Shown: positions 1 through 9,226 of the stretch, piece by piece
Numbering within the stretch: position 1 is the first letter of the stretch
Layout of the letters: each line of letters starts with the position of its first letter
From: Bifidobacterium breve
GTDB taxonomy: Bacteria > Actinomycetota > Acidimicrobiia > Acidimicrobiales > Microtrichaceae
Length of the DNA: 64,000 nt
Direction: 5' to 3'
Assembly (NCBI GenBank): GCA_945901935.1
Contig: CAMDLX010000001.1
Coordinates: 8,632 to 72,631, forward strand
Made by a program: the position numbers and the translations under genes
The notes under the pieces: generated by a model
The model's input: the letters and a program-made list of their open reading frames with translations, nothing else
What the model was told of the DNA's origin: nothing
Databases searched by the model: none

Positions 1-245
1 GCGCGGGGTCCGGCCCAATCTGTGACGTAACGCTCGAACCATGCAGCTTGATTCGGCGTGTTCAAGAAAATGTCTGCTACGCCGTTGCGTTCGGTTGCGA
101 ACTTGTAGTCATGATGCATAGGTCGCCAGTCACGGCTAGCAAGCGCACCCAGCACAACAGTGGTCGGCGTCACATCGATTGCTAACTCGGGCAGGGACTG
201 ACCGACTGCAACCTGGCCCAACAGGAGTCTCGCCTCGGCAGTCAT
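1..245 (-). CDS. MaoC/hot-dog fold dehydratase (ChsH1-like), runs off window start
   Basis: Manual translation from ATG at 245 (ATGA overlap with upstream stop): MTAEARLLLGQVAVGQSLPELAIDVTPTTVVLGALASRDWRPMHHDYKFA...; the D-x4-H hydratase motif is present. Not in the ORF track because it is truncated. Confidence 0.8.
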   Translation of the reverse strand, partial: MTAEARLLLGQVAVGQSLPELAIDVTPTTVVLGALASRDWRPMHHDYKFATERNGVADIFLNTPNQAAWFERYVTDWAGPR

Positions 246-781
246 GACGCCGCTCCTTCTTGGTCCCGGCGATAGCCAAACCCGGTATAGGACTCAATGC
301 CGACCAACGCCCCGTGTTGGTTTTTGAACTCAACGTCAATGACCCAAAATCTCCCGGACCCCAGCTTGGTGGTCTTGGGGCCCGAGACCGATTTGAGCAC
401 TTGGGAGTTACTGATACGATCCCCAGCTCGGACTGGCTCATAGAAAATAATCGTGTTGTCCGTCATCACTGCCTCGGGAAGCTCAAAAATCTTCTTGAGG
501 TCAAAGTGCACCTGCAGAGCGACTTGCTCACCCTCTGCTCCGGGCTCCCAATAGTGCGGCCGCATCCAGAGTGACAAGGTAGTCGGCGGAAGAATTCGGC
601 CCGAGGTCAACTCTTGAGCGACTGCATCATCCCAAAAAAGTGAATTGGCATTTTCAGTGGCTGCGAGCGTGTTGTAGGCATAACTGTTTTCCACATCGAA
701 CGTGGCAATTTGCAGGTACTGCGACACGCCAATCACCGAGGTCACTGCGACGGGTAGGTCGGTCAGGTTGTTATTAGTCAT
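242..781 (-). CDS. MaoC-like N-terminal hot-dog domain protein (ChsH2-like hydratase partner)
   Basis: NSLFWDD...PPT...FYEPVRAGD...KTTKLGSGRF pattern; stop/start overlaps with both neighbours. Confidence 0.75.
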   Translation of the reverse strand: MTNNNLTDLPVAVTSVIGVSQYLQIATFDVENSYAYNTLAATENANSLFWDDAVAQELTSGRILPPTTLSLWMRPHYWEPGAEGEQVALQVHFDLKKIFELPEAVMTDNTIIFYEPVRAGDRISNSQVLKSVSGPKTTKLGSGRFWVIDVEFKNQHGALVGIESYTGFGYRRDQEGAAS

Positions 782-1944
782 GCGATTGCTCCCGATACTT
801 CGAGTTCGGCAATCTCAGATTCAGCCAACCCGACCTGAGTCAAGAGTTCCATGGTGTCACTCACAGCACCATCACGAATCTGATACGGCCCATCGGGTGC
901 AACCGTTCCTGCCCATGTGGGCGCACTCTGCAGGAACTCTCCTGCTGTATCTGAAACTGCGGAGGCAACGAGACTGCGAGCGACATATTGCTCGTCGACG
1001 ACTGCCTCGGCCACGGTATTGACTGGCGCAACGCAGGTGTTCGCTGCGCCAAGAACCTCGACCCACTCATCTCGGGTTTGAGTAGCAAACCGCTGCGCTA
1101 ACGCTGCGCGAATCTGATCCTGCTTCTCGTCGTCGAGTTGCGCATCAGCAAACTCGCCGAGTTCGAGGAGTTCGCATAGGTTCCGCCAGAACTGAGCCTC
1201 GATGGCACCAACAGAAATGTGTTTTCCATCGGAGCAGGTGTAGATCTCGTAGCACGCGTACCTACCCGTCAGTATGTAATGACCGGGGCCTGGTTCGACT
1301 CCCGTTGCAAGGTACTCGTCCACATACAGCGACATCAGAGCGAAAGCCCCATCGGCAATCGAGACATCGAGATAGCTTCCAACACCCGAGGTAGCTCGGC
1401 CTAAGAGCGCGGCCATGATGGCCATGCTGGCTTGCATGCCACCGGCTGCAATGTCGGCAACCGTGGCACCGGGCAGCGCTGGCCGGCCGTCGGCCTGACG
1501 GCCCGTGCAGTCCAGAAATCCGCTCGTGGCCAAGTAATTAATGTCATGACCTGCCCACTGAGACCGCGGTCCTGTTTGCCCAAACCCACTAGTTGAGCAG
1601 TACACGATTCCGGGGTTGCGCTGATTCACATCCTCGTAGCCAATCCCTAGGCGAGCAACTACGCCTGGCCGGAAAGATTCGATGATCACATCCGCAGTGT
1701 CAGCAAGTCCTAGAAATGCCTCACGACCAGCCTCGGCCTTGAGGTCAAATAACGCTCTCTTCATATTGCGGTTACCTGAGTAGGCGTAATACGGAGGCAC
1801 AATCTGCACTGCGCCGGCGCGAGGCACTGCGCCAATCTTGATGACCTCGGCGCCGTAATCAGCCAAGGTCCTTGACGCGCGCGCACCCGGACCCACCGAG
1901 GCAAGGTCAAGTACGCGGATATTCTGCAGCGCTGGTTGGCTCAC
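778..1944 (-). CDS. CaiB/BaiF family III CoA transferase / alpha-methylacyl-CoA racemase-like
   Basis: RVLDLASVGPG, LADYGAEVIKI, ESFRPGV, GHDINY motifs. Confidence 0.92.
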   Translation of the reverse strand: MSQPALQNIRVLDLASVGPGARASRTLADYGAEVIKIGAVPRAGAVQIVPPYYAYSGNRNMKRALFDLKAEAGREAFLGLADTADVIIESFRPGVVARLGIGYEDVNQRNPGIVYCSTSGFGQTGPRSQWAGHDINYLATSGFLDCTGRQADGRPALPGATVADIAAGGMQASMAIMAALLGRATSGVGSYLDVSIADGAFALMSLYVDEYLATGVEPGPGHYILTGRYACYEIYTCSDGKHISVGAIEAQFWRNLCELLELGEFADAQLDDEKQDQIRAALAQRFATQTRDEWVEVLGAANTCVAPVNTVAEAVVDEQYVARSLVASAVSDTAGEFLQSAPTWAGTVAPDGPYQIRDGAVSDTMELLTQVGLAESEIAELEVSGAIA

Positions 1945-1949
1945 GTTGC

Positions 1950-3170
1950 CTAGAAGTTTTTGGGTAGGCCTAAACCGCGCCGAGCGATGATGTTCTTCTG
2001 GATTTCTGAAGAGCCGCCACCAATGGTGTCGATCACGGTGTAGCGATAGGTGGACTCTGATCGTCCTGCCATCGGTGCATCTTCGGTCTTGACGCGCAGC
2101 TGGGATCCTGGGCCGCCAATATCCATAGATGCGTCTGCTAGTCGTCGTGACAACTCGGTGGCAAAGAGTTTGTACTCAGATGCGATCACTGTTGGCGGCT
2201 GGTACTCCTTACCAGCACGAACGAGCGCTTCCACCTTGACTGCCTCGGCAACAAACTTGAGTCCCATGACTCGGGCCACTTCGGCCTCGGTGTGAAGCGA
2301 TGCCATTCGAGCTCGAACAACCGGGTCGTTCTTGAGCGGTTCACCGTCACGGACTGTGGTGCGCACATACTCAGTCAACAAGTCAAGGCGCTGCTTGATC
2401 GGCGCATAGGTAAACATCGTGAAGCGCTCAAGGTCGAGTGCCTGAGAGATGTACTTGAACCCGTAATTGACCTCGCCCACGACAAACTCATCGGGCACAA
2501 AGACGTTGTCGAGCCAGACCTCGTTGGTCCGCTCATCACCCATGGTCCAGATGCCATTGATGGTGATTCCTGGGTCATCCATCGGAATGAGCATCAGTGA
2601 GATACCGAGATGCTTGTTGTCTTGATTAGTGCGCACCCCGCACCAGTACCACTCGGCGAAATGTGCCGATGTAGTCCAGGTTTTTTGGCCGTTTACCAAC
2701 CAGCCAGTCTTGCCATCTGCGTTGGTGTGCGGCACACCCTTCATGCGCATCGAGGCGGCATCAGAACCGGCGTTGGGCTCGGAATAGCCAACAGCAAACT
2801 CAACATCGTTTTCTAAGATCATGGGAAGGAACATGTCCTTCAGGAAGTCAGAACCGTGAGCGATCAGCGTCTTGCCAATGATGCCAACACCTTTGCCGAT
2901 CTGCGGTCCGCCTCGCCCGGCAAGTTCTTCGTTCAGGATGTACTCGTAGACACCCTCGCCTTCTTGACCGCCGTACTCCGTTGGCCAAGTCATTCCGAGC
3001 CAGCCCTTGTGGCCCACCTCTTTCATAAAGGCACGACGCTCGGGAGTGTCAACGATCTGCGCCATGTTTTCACGGGTCACATCGAAGATCTCGATCGTGT
3101 CGTGATCATCGCAAAAGGCAATGACTTCTTTGTTGAATGCTTGCTGATCTTCTGAGAACTCGAAATCCAT
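1950..3170 (-). CDS. Acyl-CoA dehydrogenase (FadE family)
   Basis: GYSEPNAGSD, NGQKTWTT, TIGGGSSEIQKNII; start set at MDFEFSEDQ (ATG 3170). Confidence 0.93.
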   Translation of the reverse strand: MDFEFSEDQQAFNKEVIAFCDDHDTIEIFDVTRENMAQIVDTPERRAFMKEVGHKGWLGMTWPTEYGGQEGEGVYEYILNEELAGRGGPQIGKGVGIIGKTLIAHGSDFLKDMFLPMILENDVEFAVGYSEPNAGSDAASMRMKGVPHTNADGKTGWLVNGQKTWTTSAHFAEWYWCGVRTNQDNKHLGISLMLIPMDDPGITINGIWTMGDERTNEVWLDNVFVPDEFVVGEVNYGFKYISQALDLERFTMFTYAPIKQRLDLLTEYVRTTVRDGEPLKNDPVVRARMASLHTEAEVARVMGLKFVAEAVKVEALVRAGKEYQPPTVIASEYKLFATELSRRLADASMDIGGPGSQLRVKTEDAPMAGRSESTYRYTVIDTIGGGSSEIQKNIIARRGLGLPKNF

Positions 3171-3190
3171 GTTTTTGTCTCCGAACTTGA

Positions 3191-3211
3191 AATCTGACGA
3201 CCCGTCAGATT
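3191..3211. promoter_or_regulatory. Palindromic operator AATCTGACG-ACC-CGTCAGATT
   Basis: Perfect 9-bp arms about 20 bp upstream of the ACAD ATG. The right arm contains the TetR stop codon. The core recurs at 8323, 51754 and 61396. Confidence 0.75.
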
Positions 3212-3891
3212 GTAGTCGCAAACCTGTCGGTTTTGCCTAGCGGGCTGTTGTACATGACTCGTGCCATGGCGTCTCGAAGTTGCCCGATCGGGACTCCGGA
3301 CTGAGCTATTCCAGCCTGATGCGCAGCGACATGAGACAACATAGACACCAGCACTACAGCAGTTGCCTCGGGGTCCACCTCTGCTGCAGCAAAGCCGGCC
3401 TCGCGTTGGCGTGTCAGCACCTCGGTTGCGGCCACCGTGAACATATTCAACAGCTGAATCCTGCAATCCCGAAAGCGCTGATCCCCCTCGAGTGCGGCTA
3501 GGTCGATAACAGCCATCAGCGCCGAGTGATCGGCCCAAAATTCCAAGAAGGCATCAGCCACGGCTTCGCAGGCGAGATATGCATTCTGGCCATGCCAGTT
3601 AGCGGCTTTCAAGGGGCGAACTAGGCGCTCGCCCCCCTCCCCTACTAGCCGATCAGCTAGTGCCAACAGCGCCGACTCTGCATCGGGGAAGTATTGGTAA
3701 AAAGTGGCTGGAGATGTACCGGCCTCTCGAGCAATGTCCACCACTTTGAGGTCGCGATACGAGGTCGTCTCGAGCAGGTCGCTCGTGCATTGCAACAGTC
3801 GTTGGCGCGTGGCTATGCCGCGACGGCCCGGGACTCGGCCGTCAACTGCCCGAAGATCTTGGCTCTCTGTGTCTTCCGCAGCGCTACTCAC
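3205..3891 (-). CDS. TetR/AcrR family transcriptional regulator
   Basis: N-terminal HTH TRQRLL...YRDLKVVDIAREAGTSPATFYQYFPD. Confidence 0.92.
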   Translation of the reverse strand: MSSAAEDTESQDLRAVDGRVPGRRGIATRQRLLQCTSDLLETTSYRDLKVVDIAREAGTSPATFYQYFPDAESALLALADRLVGEGGERLVRPLKAANWHGQNAYLACEAVADAFLEFWADHSALMAVIDLAALEGDQRFRDCRIQLLNMFTVAATEVLTRQREAGFAAAEVDPEATAVVLVSMLSHVAAHQAGIAQSGVPIGQLRDAMARVMYNSPLGKTDRFATTI

Positions 3892-3901
3892 GGATTACAA
3901 G

Positions 3902-4489
3902 CTAGAAGAGTCCCGTGAAAAACCAAACCAAAACCGCAATGGCTGCGAACCAAGCCAGAACCGTCATGAGCAATCCGAGAAAGATCACACCAACCATCAG
4001 CGCCAGGACTGCGAGAGATGACCGCCGAGTAGCACGCCGGTCAGCTAGGTCTCGCTCCATTAAAATCAAGTTGCGAATGTTGGCCTTATAGACCATGTCA
4101 AAGAGCGCACCAGCAAAGGGAATCAGACCGATCGTGGCTTCAATCCCCACGTTGATGAGCATCCGCAGCAGCGTGGGAACGCTGACACCGGCGGCAACCC
4201 CGGCAAGAACTACTGCCATGGACAGAGCTACCCCAGCAGCGTCCCCGACAACGGGAACCAAAGTGAGCAGGCCGTCTATCCCTACTCGGCGATCAGTAGT
4301 TCCCGGCACCCGAAAGGCGCTATCAAGAATCCATGCGAGTCGTTCAACCCAACTTGGCAACGGTCGCGAGTTAGGGCGACCCTTGCTGCGGCTCCGACGG
4401 AACTGCTGCATTTCTTGGCTGAATTCAGCCTGAGTCTGCGGAACCTCGCGGCCCTCAATGGGGCCAACGTCACGCGGTTCGGAATTCAC
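3902..4489 (-). CDS. DUF4112-like membrane protein
   Basis: LAWILDSAFRVPGT...VGIDGLLTLVPVVGD...MLIN...GLIPFAGALFD...KANIRN pattern. Confidence 0.8.
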   Translation of the reverse strand: MNSEPRDVGPIEGREVPQTQAEFSQEMQQFRRSRSKGRPNSRPLPSWVERLAWILDSAFRVPGTTDRRVGIDGLLTLVPVVGDAAGVALSMAVVLAGVAAGVSVPTLLRMLINVGIEATIGLIPFAGALFDMVYKANIRNLILMERDLADRRATRRSSLAVLALMVGVIFLGLLMTVLAWFAAIAVLVWFFTGLF

Positions 4490-4501
4490 ATATCCATCTT
4501 G

Positions 4502-4546
4502 TCAGTTAATACCGCGCTCAGTTAATGAATGGCTCAGTTAATGAAG
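4502..4546. repeat. Three TCAGTTAAT copies at 16-bp period; the last contains the LLM gene stop codon
   Basis: tcagttaat at 4502, 4518 and 4534. Confidence 0.7.
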
Positions 4547-5394
4547 CGCTCACCGTACGCAGCGATCATCTCTTCTGCGCGGCTCACCTCGGGTGCAGTC
4601 ATCCCACCCGAGATCCACGACGATGTCAGGATTGACGTCACCCCGGCAGCGTCAAGTTCTTCGAGCAAGTCAGTCTTGGGTGCCGCCATGGGTGACGCAA
4701 TGATCTCGAAGGGCTTGTCAGCAGTCCCAGCATCTTCTCGGGCTTGTTGCAAAACCGTGCAGTAGTTCAGTAACTCTTCAGGTGAATAGTGCACACCAAG
4801 CCAGCCATCGCCGATTGTGGCTGCTCTACGGAACGCAATATCGGAGTGACCACCAACATAAATTGGAATCTGCGCTGGCGGGCAGGGTCGCATCTGCACG
4901 GGGGCAAAGTCATAAAAGTCCCCGTGGTGTTCAACCATCTCGCCCGTCCAGAGAGCTTTCATGACCTGAATCATTTCTTCCATGCGCTTACCGCGTTTCG
5001 AAAATGGTTGTTCAAGCAGCTCAAACTCTTCTCGCATCCACCCGGCGCCGACACCGAGGCCAATTCGCCCTTCTGAAAGGTACGCGGCCGTGCCAATTGA
5101 CTTGGCTGCAAGGAACGGGTTTCGAGAGGGCAACACAAACACATTGGTAATAAATCGAAGCGTGGTAGTGACTGCGGCCATTGATGCAATCGCTACCCAA
5201 GCATCTGGCCAGTCCTCATCGGGGCTAAACAACGGCGTACCGTCGGGCGTGTAGGGATACTTGGATTCGAGCGTGGCAGGAAAGAGCACATGGTCCGATA
5301 CTGCGACTGAATCGAACCCGGCGGCCTCACAAGCCCGCGCAAGTCGGTTCCAATCCTTTGGAGGAGCACCGATGAGACCATGACAAAACTTCAT
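4534..5394 (-). CDS. F420-dependent LLM-class oxidoreductase
   Basis: GFDSVAVSDHV, GRIGLGVGAGWMREEF, PIYVGGHS, RRAATIGDGW. Confidence 0.9.
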   Translation of the reverse strand: MKFCHGLIGAPPKDWNRLARACEAAGFDSVAVSDHVLFPATLESKYPYTPDGTPLFSPDEDWPDAWVAIASMAAVTTTLRFITNVFVLPSRNPFLAAKSIGTAAYLSEGRIGLGVGAGWMREEFELLEQPFSKRGKRMEEMIQVMKALWTGEMVEHHGDFYDFAPVQMRPCPPAQIPIYVGGHSDIAFRRAATIGDGWLGVHYSPEELLNYCTVLQQAREDAGTADKPFEIIASPMAAPKTDLLEELDAAGVTSILTSSWISGGMTAPEVSRAEEMIAAYGERFIN

Positions 5395-5405
5395 ACTTAC
5401 TACTC

Positions 5406-7052
5406 CTAGGACTCAATTGAGCGAAGCGCACGGTCGCGCAACTCGAACTTCAACACCTTGCCACTCGCATTGAGAGGTAACTCGTCAACAACCTCGACAT
5501 ATTTCGGTGCCTTAAAGTTCGCCATGTTCTCTCGAGCCCAAGAAATAATCTCGGCCGAGTCGGGCACGGTCCCGCTGGTTGGAATCACGTAGGCATAGCC
5601 CGCTTCACCCAAGCGTTCGTCGGGTACGCCAATAACTGCCACTTGGGCAATCTCTGGGTGTAGCAGTAAGAGGCGCTCAATCTCTGCCGGATAAGCATTG
5701 AACCCGCCAACGATAAACATGTCCTTGATGCGGTCCGTGATGCGCAGGTAGCCATTGGCGTCCATCACCCCGACATCGCCAGTATGGAACCAACCATCAG
5801 AGTCAATGGACTCGGCAGTCTTGGCAGGGTCTTCGAAATAGCCGCTCATGACGTTGTACCCGCGAACGAGCACCTCTCCTGGTTCGGATGCGGGTAGTTC
5901 TGCACCAGTCTCATCGACCACTCGCACTTCCACCCCTGGATAGGCGCGACCCGAGGTGCTTGCAATGAGTTCATCAGCGTCTTCGCGACGACAAGTCGTC
6001 GCAATTCCCGATGCTTCGGTCATCCCGTATGCAGTGACCACTGTTGTAAACCCCAGCGTGTCTCTCATCTGCTCAACCAGTTCTACAGGAACTACTGCTG
6101 CGCCGGTGACGGCCAGACGAAGTGATGTAGTTCGCTTGGGATCAAACCCCGGATGATTGAGCAAGCTTTGATAGATCGTCGGAGGTCCGGGAAGAACAGA
6201 GATGTTCTCGGACTCAATGAGATCAAGAACCATATCGAGATCGAACACTGATACTGGAACCAGCGTCGCACCCGAAATCAACGAGGAGATGATGCCCGCC
6301 TTGTACCCAAAAGCATGAAAGAAAGGATTGATGACTAGGTATCGGTCACTCTCTCGTAGTCCAACAATATGAGCCCAGTCTCCGAACGCTCGCAGAGTCT
6401 GCGCGTGGGTCAGCATGACGCCCTTGGGTTGGCCAGTGGTGCCAGAGGTGAACAACAGATCAGACAAATCTTCTCCGGAGATCTGTGCAACCCGTTCCGT
6501 CACGGCGCTTTGATCGGCCGTTTCTTCGTGCTCTGCAATGAATTCATCCAGGGTGCAGGTTTCGGCTGGACTGATGCCCGCATCACGCAACAGGACAATT
6601 CTCTCTAATGCTGGCAAATCGCCTTCAGTTGCACGCAGCATCGAGACGTACTCGTTGCCAAGAAAACCCTCGACTGTAAACAGCATCCGAGCGTGACTTC
6701 TACGCAGAATGTCCGCCGCCTCTAGGCCTTTGTATCGAGTGTTGAGCGGAACCAGAACTGCACCGGCAGATTGCAGCCCCAGCAGGGCCACGATCCACTC
6801 CCAGCAGTTCGGTGCCCAGATAGCAATGCGATCGCCCTTTTGCACACCCTCACTGATGAGCGCTGCGGCAAGTTTGTTCACCCGGTCGAGCAACTCCGCG
6901 TAACTCATCCTCATCACTGGCTCGCAGGAGTGATCTACCACCACTTCCGCGTCCGAACGGTCCTGGGCCACAGAACGCAGTAGCGCAGGAATCGTCGCAT
7001 ACTGAAGGTCAACACGGGACCCTTCCTCAGGCATTCCCGGCACTTCAGTCAT
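5406..7052 (-). CDS. FadD3-like acyl-CoA synthetase
   Basis: LFTSGTTGQPKG, TAYGMTE, WFHTGDVG, RIKDMFIVGGFNAYPAEIE; the INPFFHAFGYKAG motif is typical of FadD3. Confidence 0.85.
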   Translation of the reverse strand: MTEVPGMPEEGSRVDLQYATIPALLRSVAQDRSDAEVVVDHSCEPVMRMSYAELLDRVNKLAAALISEGVQKGDRIAIWAPNCWEWIVALLGLQSAGAVLVPLNTRYKGLEAADILRRSHARMLFTVEGFLGNEYVSMLRATEGDLPALERIVLLRDAGISPAETCTLDEFIAEHEETADQSAVTERVAQISGEDLSDLLFTSGTTGQPKGVMLTHAQTLRAFGDWAHIVGLRESDRYLVINPFFHAFGYKAGIISSLISGATLVPVSVFDLDMVLDLIESENISVLPGPPTIYQSLLNHPGFDPKRTTSLRLAVTGAAVVPVELVEQMRDTLGFTTVVTAYGMTEASGIATTCRREDADELIASTSGRAYPGVEVRVVDETGAELPASEPGEVLVRGYNVMSGYFEDPAKTAESIDSDGWFHTGDVGVMDANGYLRITDRIKDMFIVGGFNAYPAEIERLLLLHPEIAQVAVIGVPDERLGEAGYAYVIPTSGTVPDSAEIISWARENMANFKAPKYVEVVDELPLNASGKVLKFELRDRALRSIES

Positions 7053-8296
7053 CTGCCTTCTCCGAGTGCTCCGGCCTGACGCAGAGCAGCCACTTTCTCT
7101 GCTGTGTAGCCGAGCACCTCTTCGAGGACCTCATCATTGTGCTGGCCTGCAGTTGGTGCAGGCGTGGGATCAACAGGCTCCTCGCCCAGGAACTTCACCG
7201 GGTACGGGATCATGTCTGCGCCATGAGTCTCATATGACATGAACCCAAGCCGGTCGATGAACTGCGGGTCCTGAGCCAGAGTCTCTGGAGTATTCACTGG
7301 AGCGATTGTGGTGTTGTGCTCCCCAGACCAAATCACCCATTCAGCAGTGGTCTTCGTCTTAAAGATCTCGGCCAGAATTTTGCGCAACTCCATATTGTCT
7401 TTTGCGTGATCACCGAACTTTGATCCTGGCCACTTATCGAAGAGGTCCATCCGGTCAACGCCTGCACAGAAGTTCTTCCAGAACTCTTGCTCCGAAGCCA
7501 TGAACAAGATGTGCGAGTCAGAGGATTCGTAGATCTGATAGCGAACGCCTGTTGTCATGCCAGCAGTTCCTGGTGCTCGGCGTTCGTAGTTATCGGCCTT
7601 GTTGCCGGTGACTTCTGATTCTGGTCTCTCGTAAGCCTTGAACGTCTCGCTACGGAGCCAGTCCATCGCAGCAGATGCATCTGATTGAGCAACTTCCAAG
7701 AAGCAACCTTGGCCAGTTTCACGGGCCCGGGTCACTCCAGCTAACACACCAAAGGCGGCAAATAGGGGGCCGGCATGAATCCCTACCGACGGGTGTTCAG
7801 GGATAAACGGAAGGCCATCTTCGGTGTAGCCGGGCTTCACCAATCCTGCCCACGTGTCATAGGCGATCCCGTGACTCGGAAGATCGGCGTAGGGCCCAGT
7901 CATTCCGTAACCAGAGATGGTGCAAAACACAATCCGAGGATTGATTTCCCGCAGGTCCTCAAATCCAAGGCCGCGCTTTGCCAGCGCTCCCGGCCGCATG
8001 GCCTCGATTACTACGTCGGCGTCTCGAACCAAATCACGAAACACGTCTTTGGCTTCTTCTGTCTTGAGGTCCAACGTGAGAGAGCGCTTGCCGCGATGGA
8101 TATGCCAATGCAAGAGCGAGGAGTCTTCGATGATGGGCCAGGTCATTTGCCGGATGTAGTCACCCTGAGGCGACTCCACCTTGATCACGTCTGCACCAAG
8201 GTCTGCCAGATGAAGGCCAACGGCGCCGGGACCAAGGAGCGAAAACTCGATAACTCGCAGGCCTGATAGCGGTGCTCCTGATGCTGCTGACTCCAT
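7049..8296 (-). CDS. CaiB/BaiF family III CoA transferase
   Basis: LSGLRVIEFSLLGPG, LADLGADVIKVE, EAMRPG, TISGYGMTGPY. Confidence 0.92.
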   Translation of the reverse strand: MESAASGAPLSGLRVIEFSLLGPGAVGLHLADLGADVIKVESPQGDYIRQMTWPIIEDSSLLHWHIHRGKRSLTLDLKTEEAKDVFRDLVRDADVVIEAMRPGALAKRGLGFEDLREINPRIVFCTISGYGMTGPYADLPSHGIAYDTWAGLVKPGYTEDGLPFIPEHPSVGIHAGPLFAAFGVLAGVTRARETGQGCFLEVAQSDASAAMDWLRSETFKAYERPESEVTGNKADNYERRAPGTAGMTTGVRYQIYESSDSHILFMASEQEFWKNFCAGVDRMDLFDKWPGSKFGDHAKDNMELRKILAEIFKTKTTAEWVIWSGEHNTTIAPVNTPETLAQDPQFIDRLGFMSYETHGADMIPYPVKFLGEEPVDPTPAPTAGQHNDEVLEEVLGYTAEKVAALRQAGALGEGR

Positions 8297-8322
8297 GACT
8301 ACTCCTAATTCAGGTCAATTGT

Positions 8323-8339
8323 TCTGACGGGTCGTCAGA
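8323..8339. promoter_or_regulatory. Palindromic operator TCTGACG-GGT-CGTCAGA
   Basis: Exact reverse complement of the 3193-3209 17-mer; about 27 bp upstream of ATG 8296. Confidence 0.75.
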
Positions 8340-8359
8340 TAGTAGGCGCAGTCAGCGGA

Positions 8360-9199
8360 TTAGAGAACCCAGCGACCACCATCAGTGGGTCGCTTCCAAC
8401 CAGAGGAGGCAAGAGTTCCGCCATCCACGTGCACGGTGGTGCCGGTCACGAACTTGCTCATCGGACCAGCCAGCCAGACCGCCGCAGCGGCAACATCGCC
8501 AGCGTGGCCCTCCTCTGGCCACGGAGTCTTGGCCCATGGCGTGCCCTCTAGTGCTTCAGAATCTGCAATCAGCCACCCATCTCCTGGTGTTGGAATCATG
8601 TCAGGTGCAATTGCGTTCACTCGGATCTTCTGGCTTGCGAGTTCAAGAGCCAGAGTGCGAGTCATATTGGCAACTGCTGCTTTCATGGCTGAGTAAATGC
8701 CAAACCCTGGCCCGGCGCGATGAGCCTCGACCGAGGTGATGTTGATGATCGACGCCCCACCTGCAGCAGGTCCGCCCGCTGCTGCACCCGCTGCGAGTAG
8801 GGGAACACAACAACGAGTCACCTCGACCACCTGTGTGAAGTTTTCTGCAATCAGGGCTGCCTGCCCTTTGGTGTTCACATCCATGACCGGTGCATAAAAA
8901 CCGCCACCGGCGTTATTGACCAGTATGTCGAGGTGGTCCCATTGCTCACCTAGATCCTGCACCCAGGCCTCGACCAGCTCGGTGTCTCGGACGTCAAGCA
9001 CTGCGCTCGGCGCAAGCTTGCCGAGCGCAACAATCTCGGCAGCGGTCTCTGCAAGTTCCTCGCCTAGGCGATCACACACAGCAACATCTGCCCCAAAACG
9101 AGCTAGGGCCAGCGCCGTAGCCCGACCGATTCCTCTTGCGGCGCCCGTGACTAGTGCAGTGCGGCCAGTGAGAAGAATGGACTGAGGATTTGGTTCCAT
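8360..9199 (-). CDS. SDR family oxidoreductase
   Basis: TGAARGIG, NNAG, YSAMK; start set at ATG 9199. Confidence 0.9.
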   Translation of the reverse strand: MEPNPQSILLTGRTALVTGAARGIGRATALALARFGADVAVCDRLGEELAETAAEIVALGKLAPSAVLDVRDTELVEAWVQDLGEQWDHLDILVNNAGGGFYAPVMDVNTKGQAALIAENFTQVVEVTRCCVPLLAAGAAAGGPAAGGASIINITSVEAHRAGPGFGIYSAMKAAVANMTRTLALELASQKIRVNAIAPDMIPTPGDGWLIADSEALEGTPWAKTPWPEEGHAGDVAAAAVWLAGPMSKFVTGTTVHVDGGTLASSGWKRPTDGGRWVL

Positions 9200-9226
9200 A
9201 GTCTCTGGACCATAGCGGGAGACGCC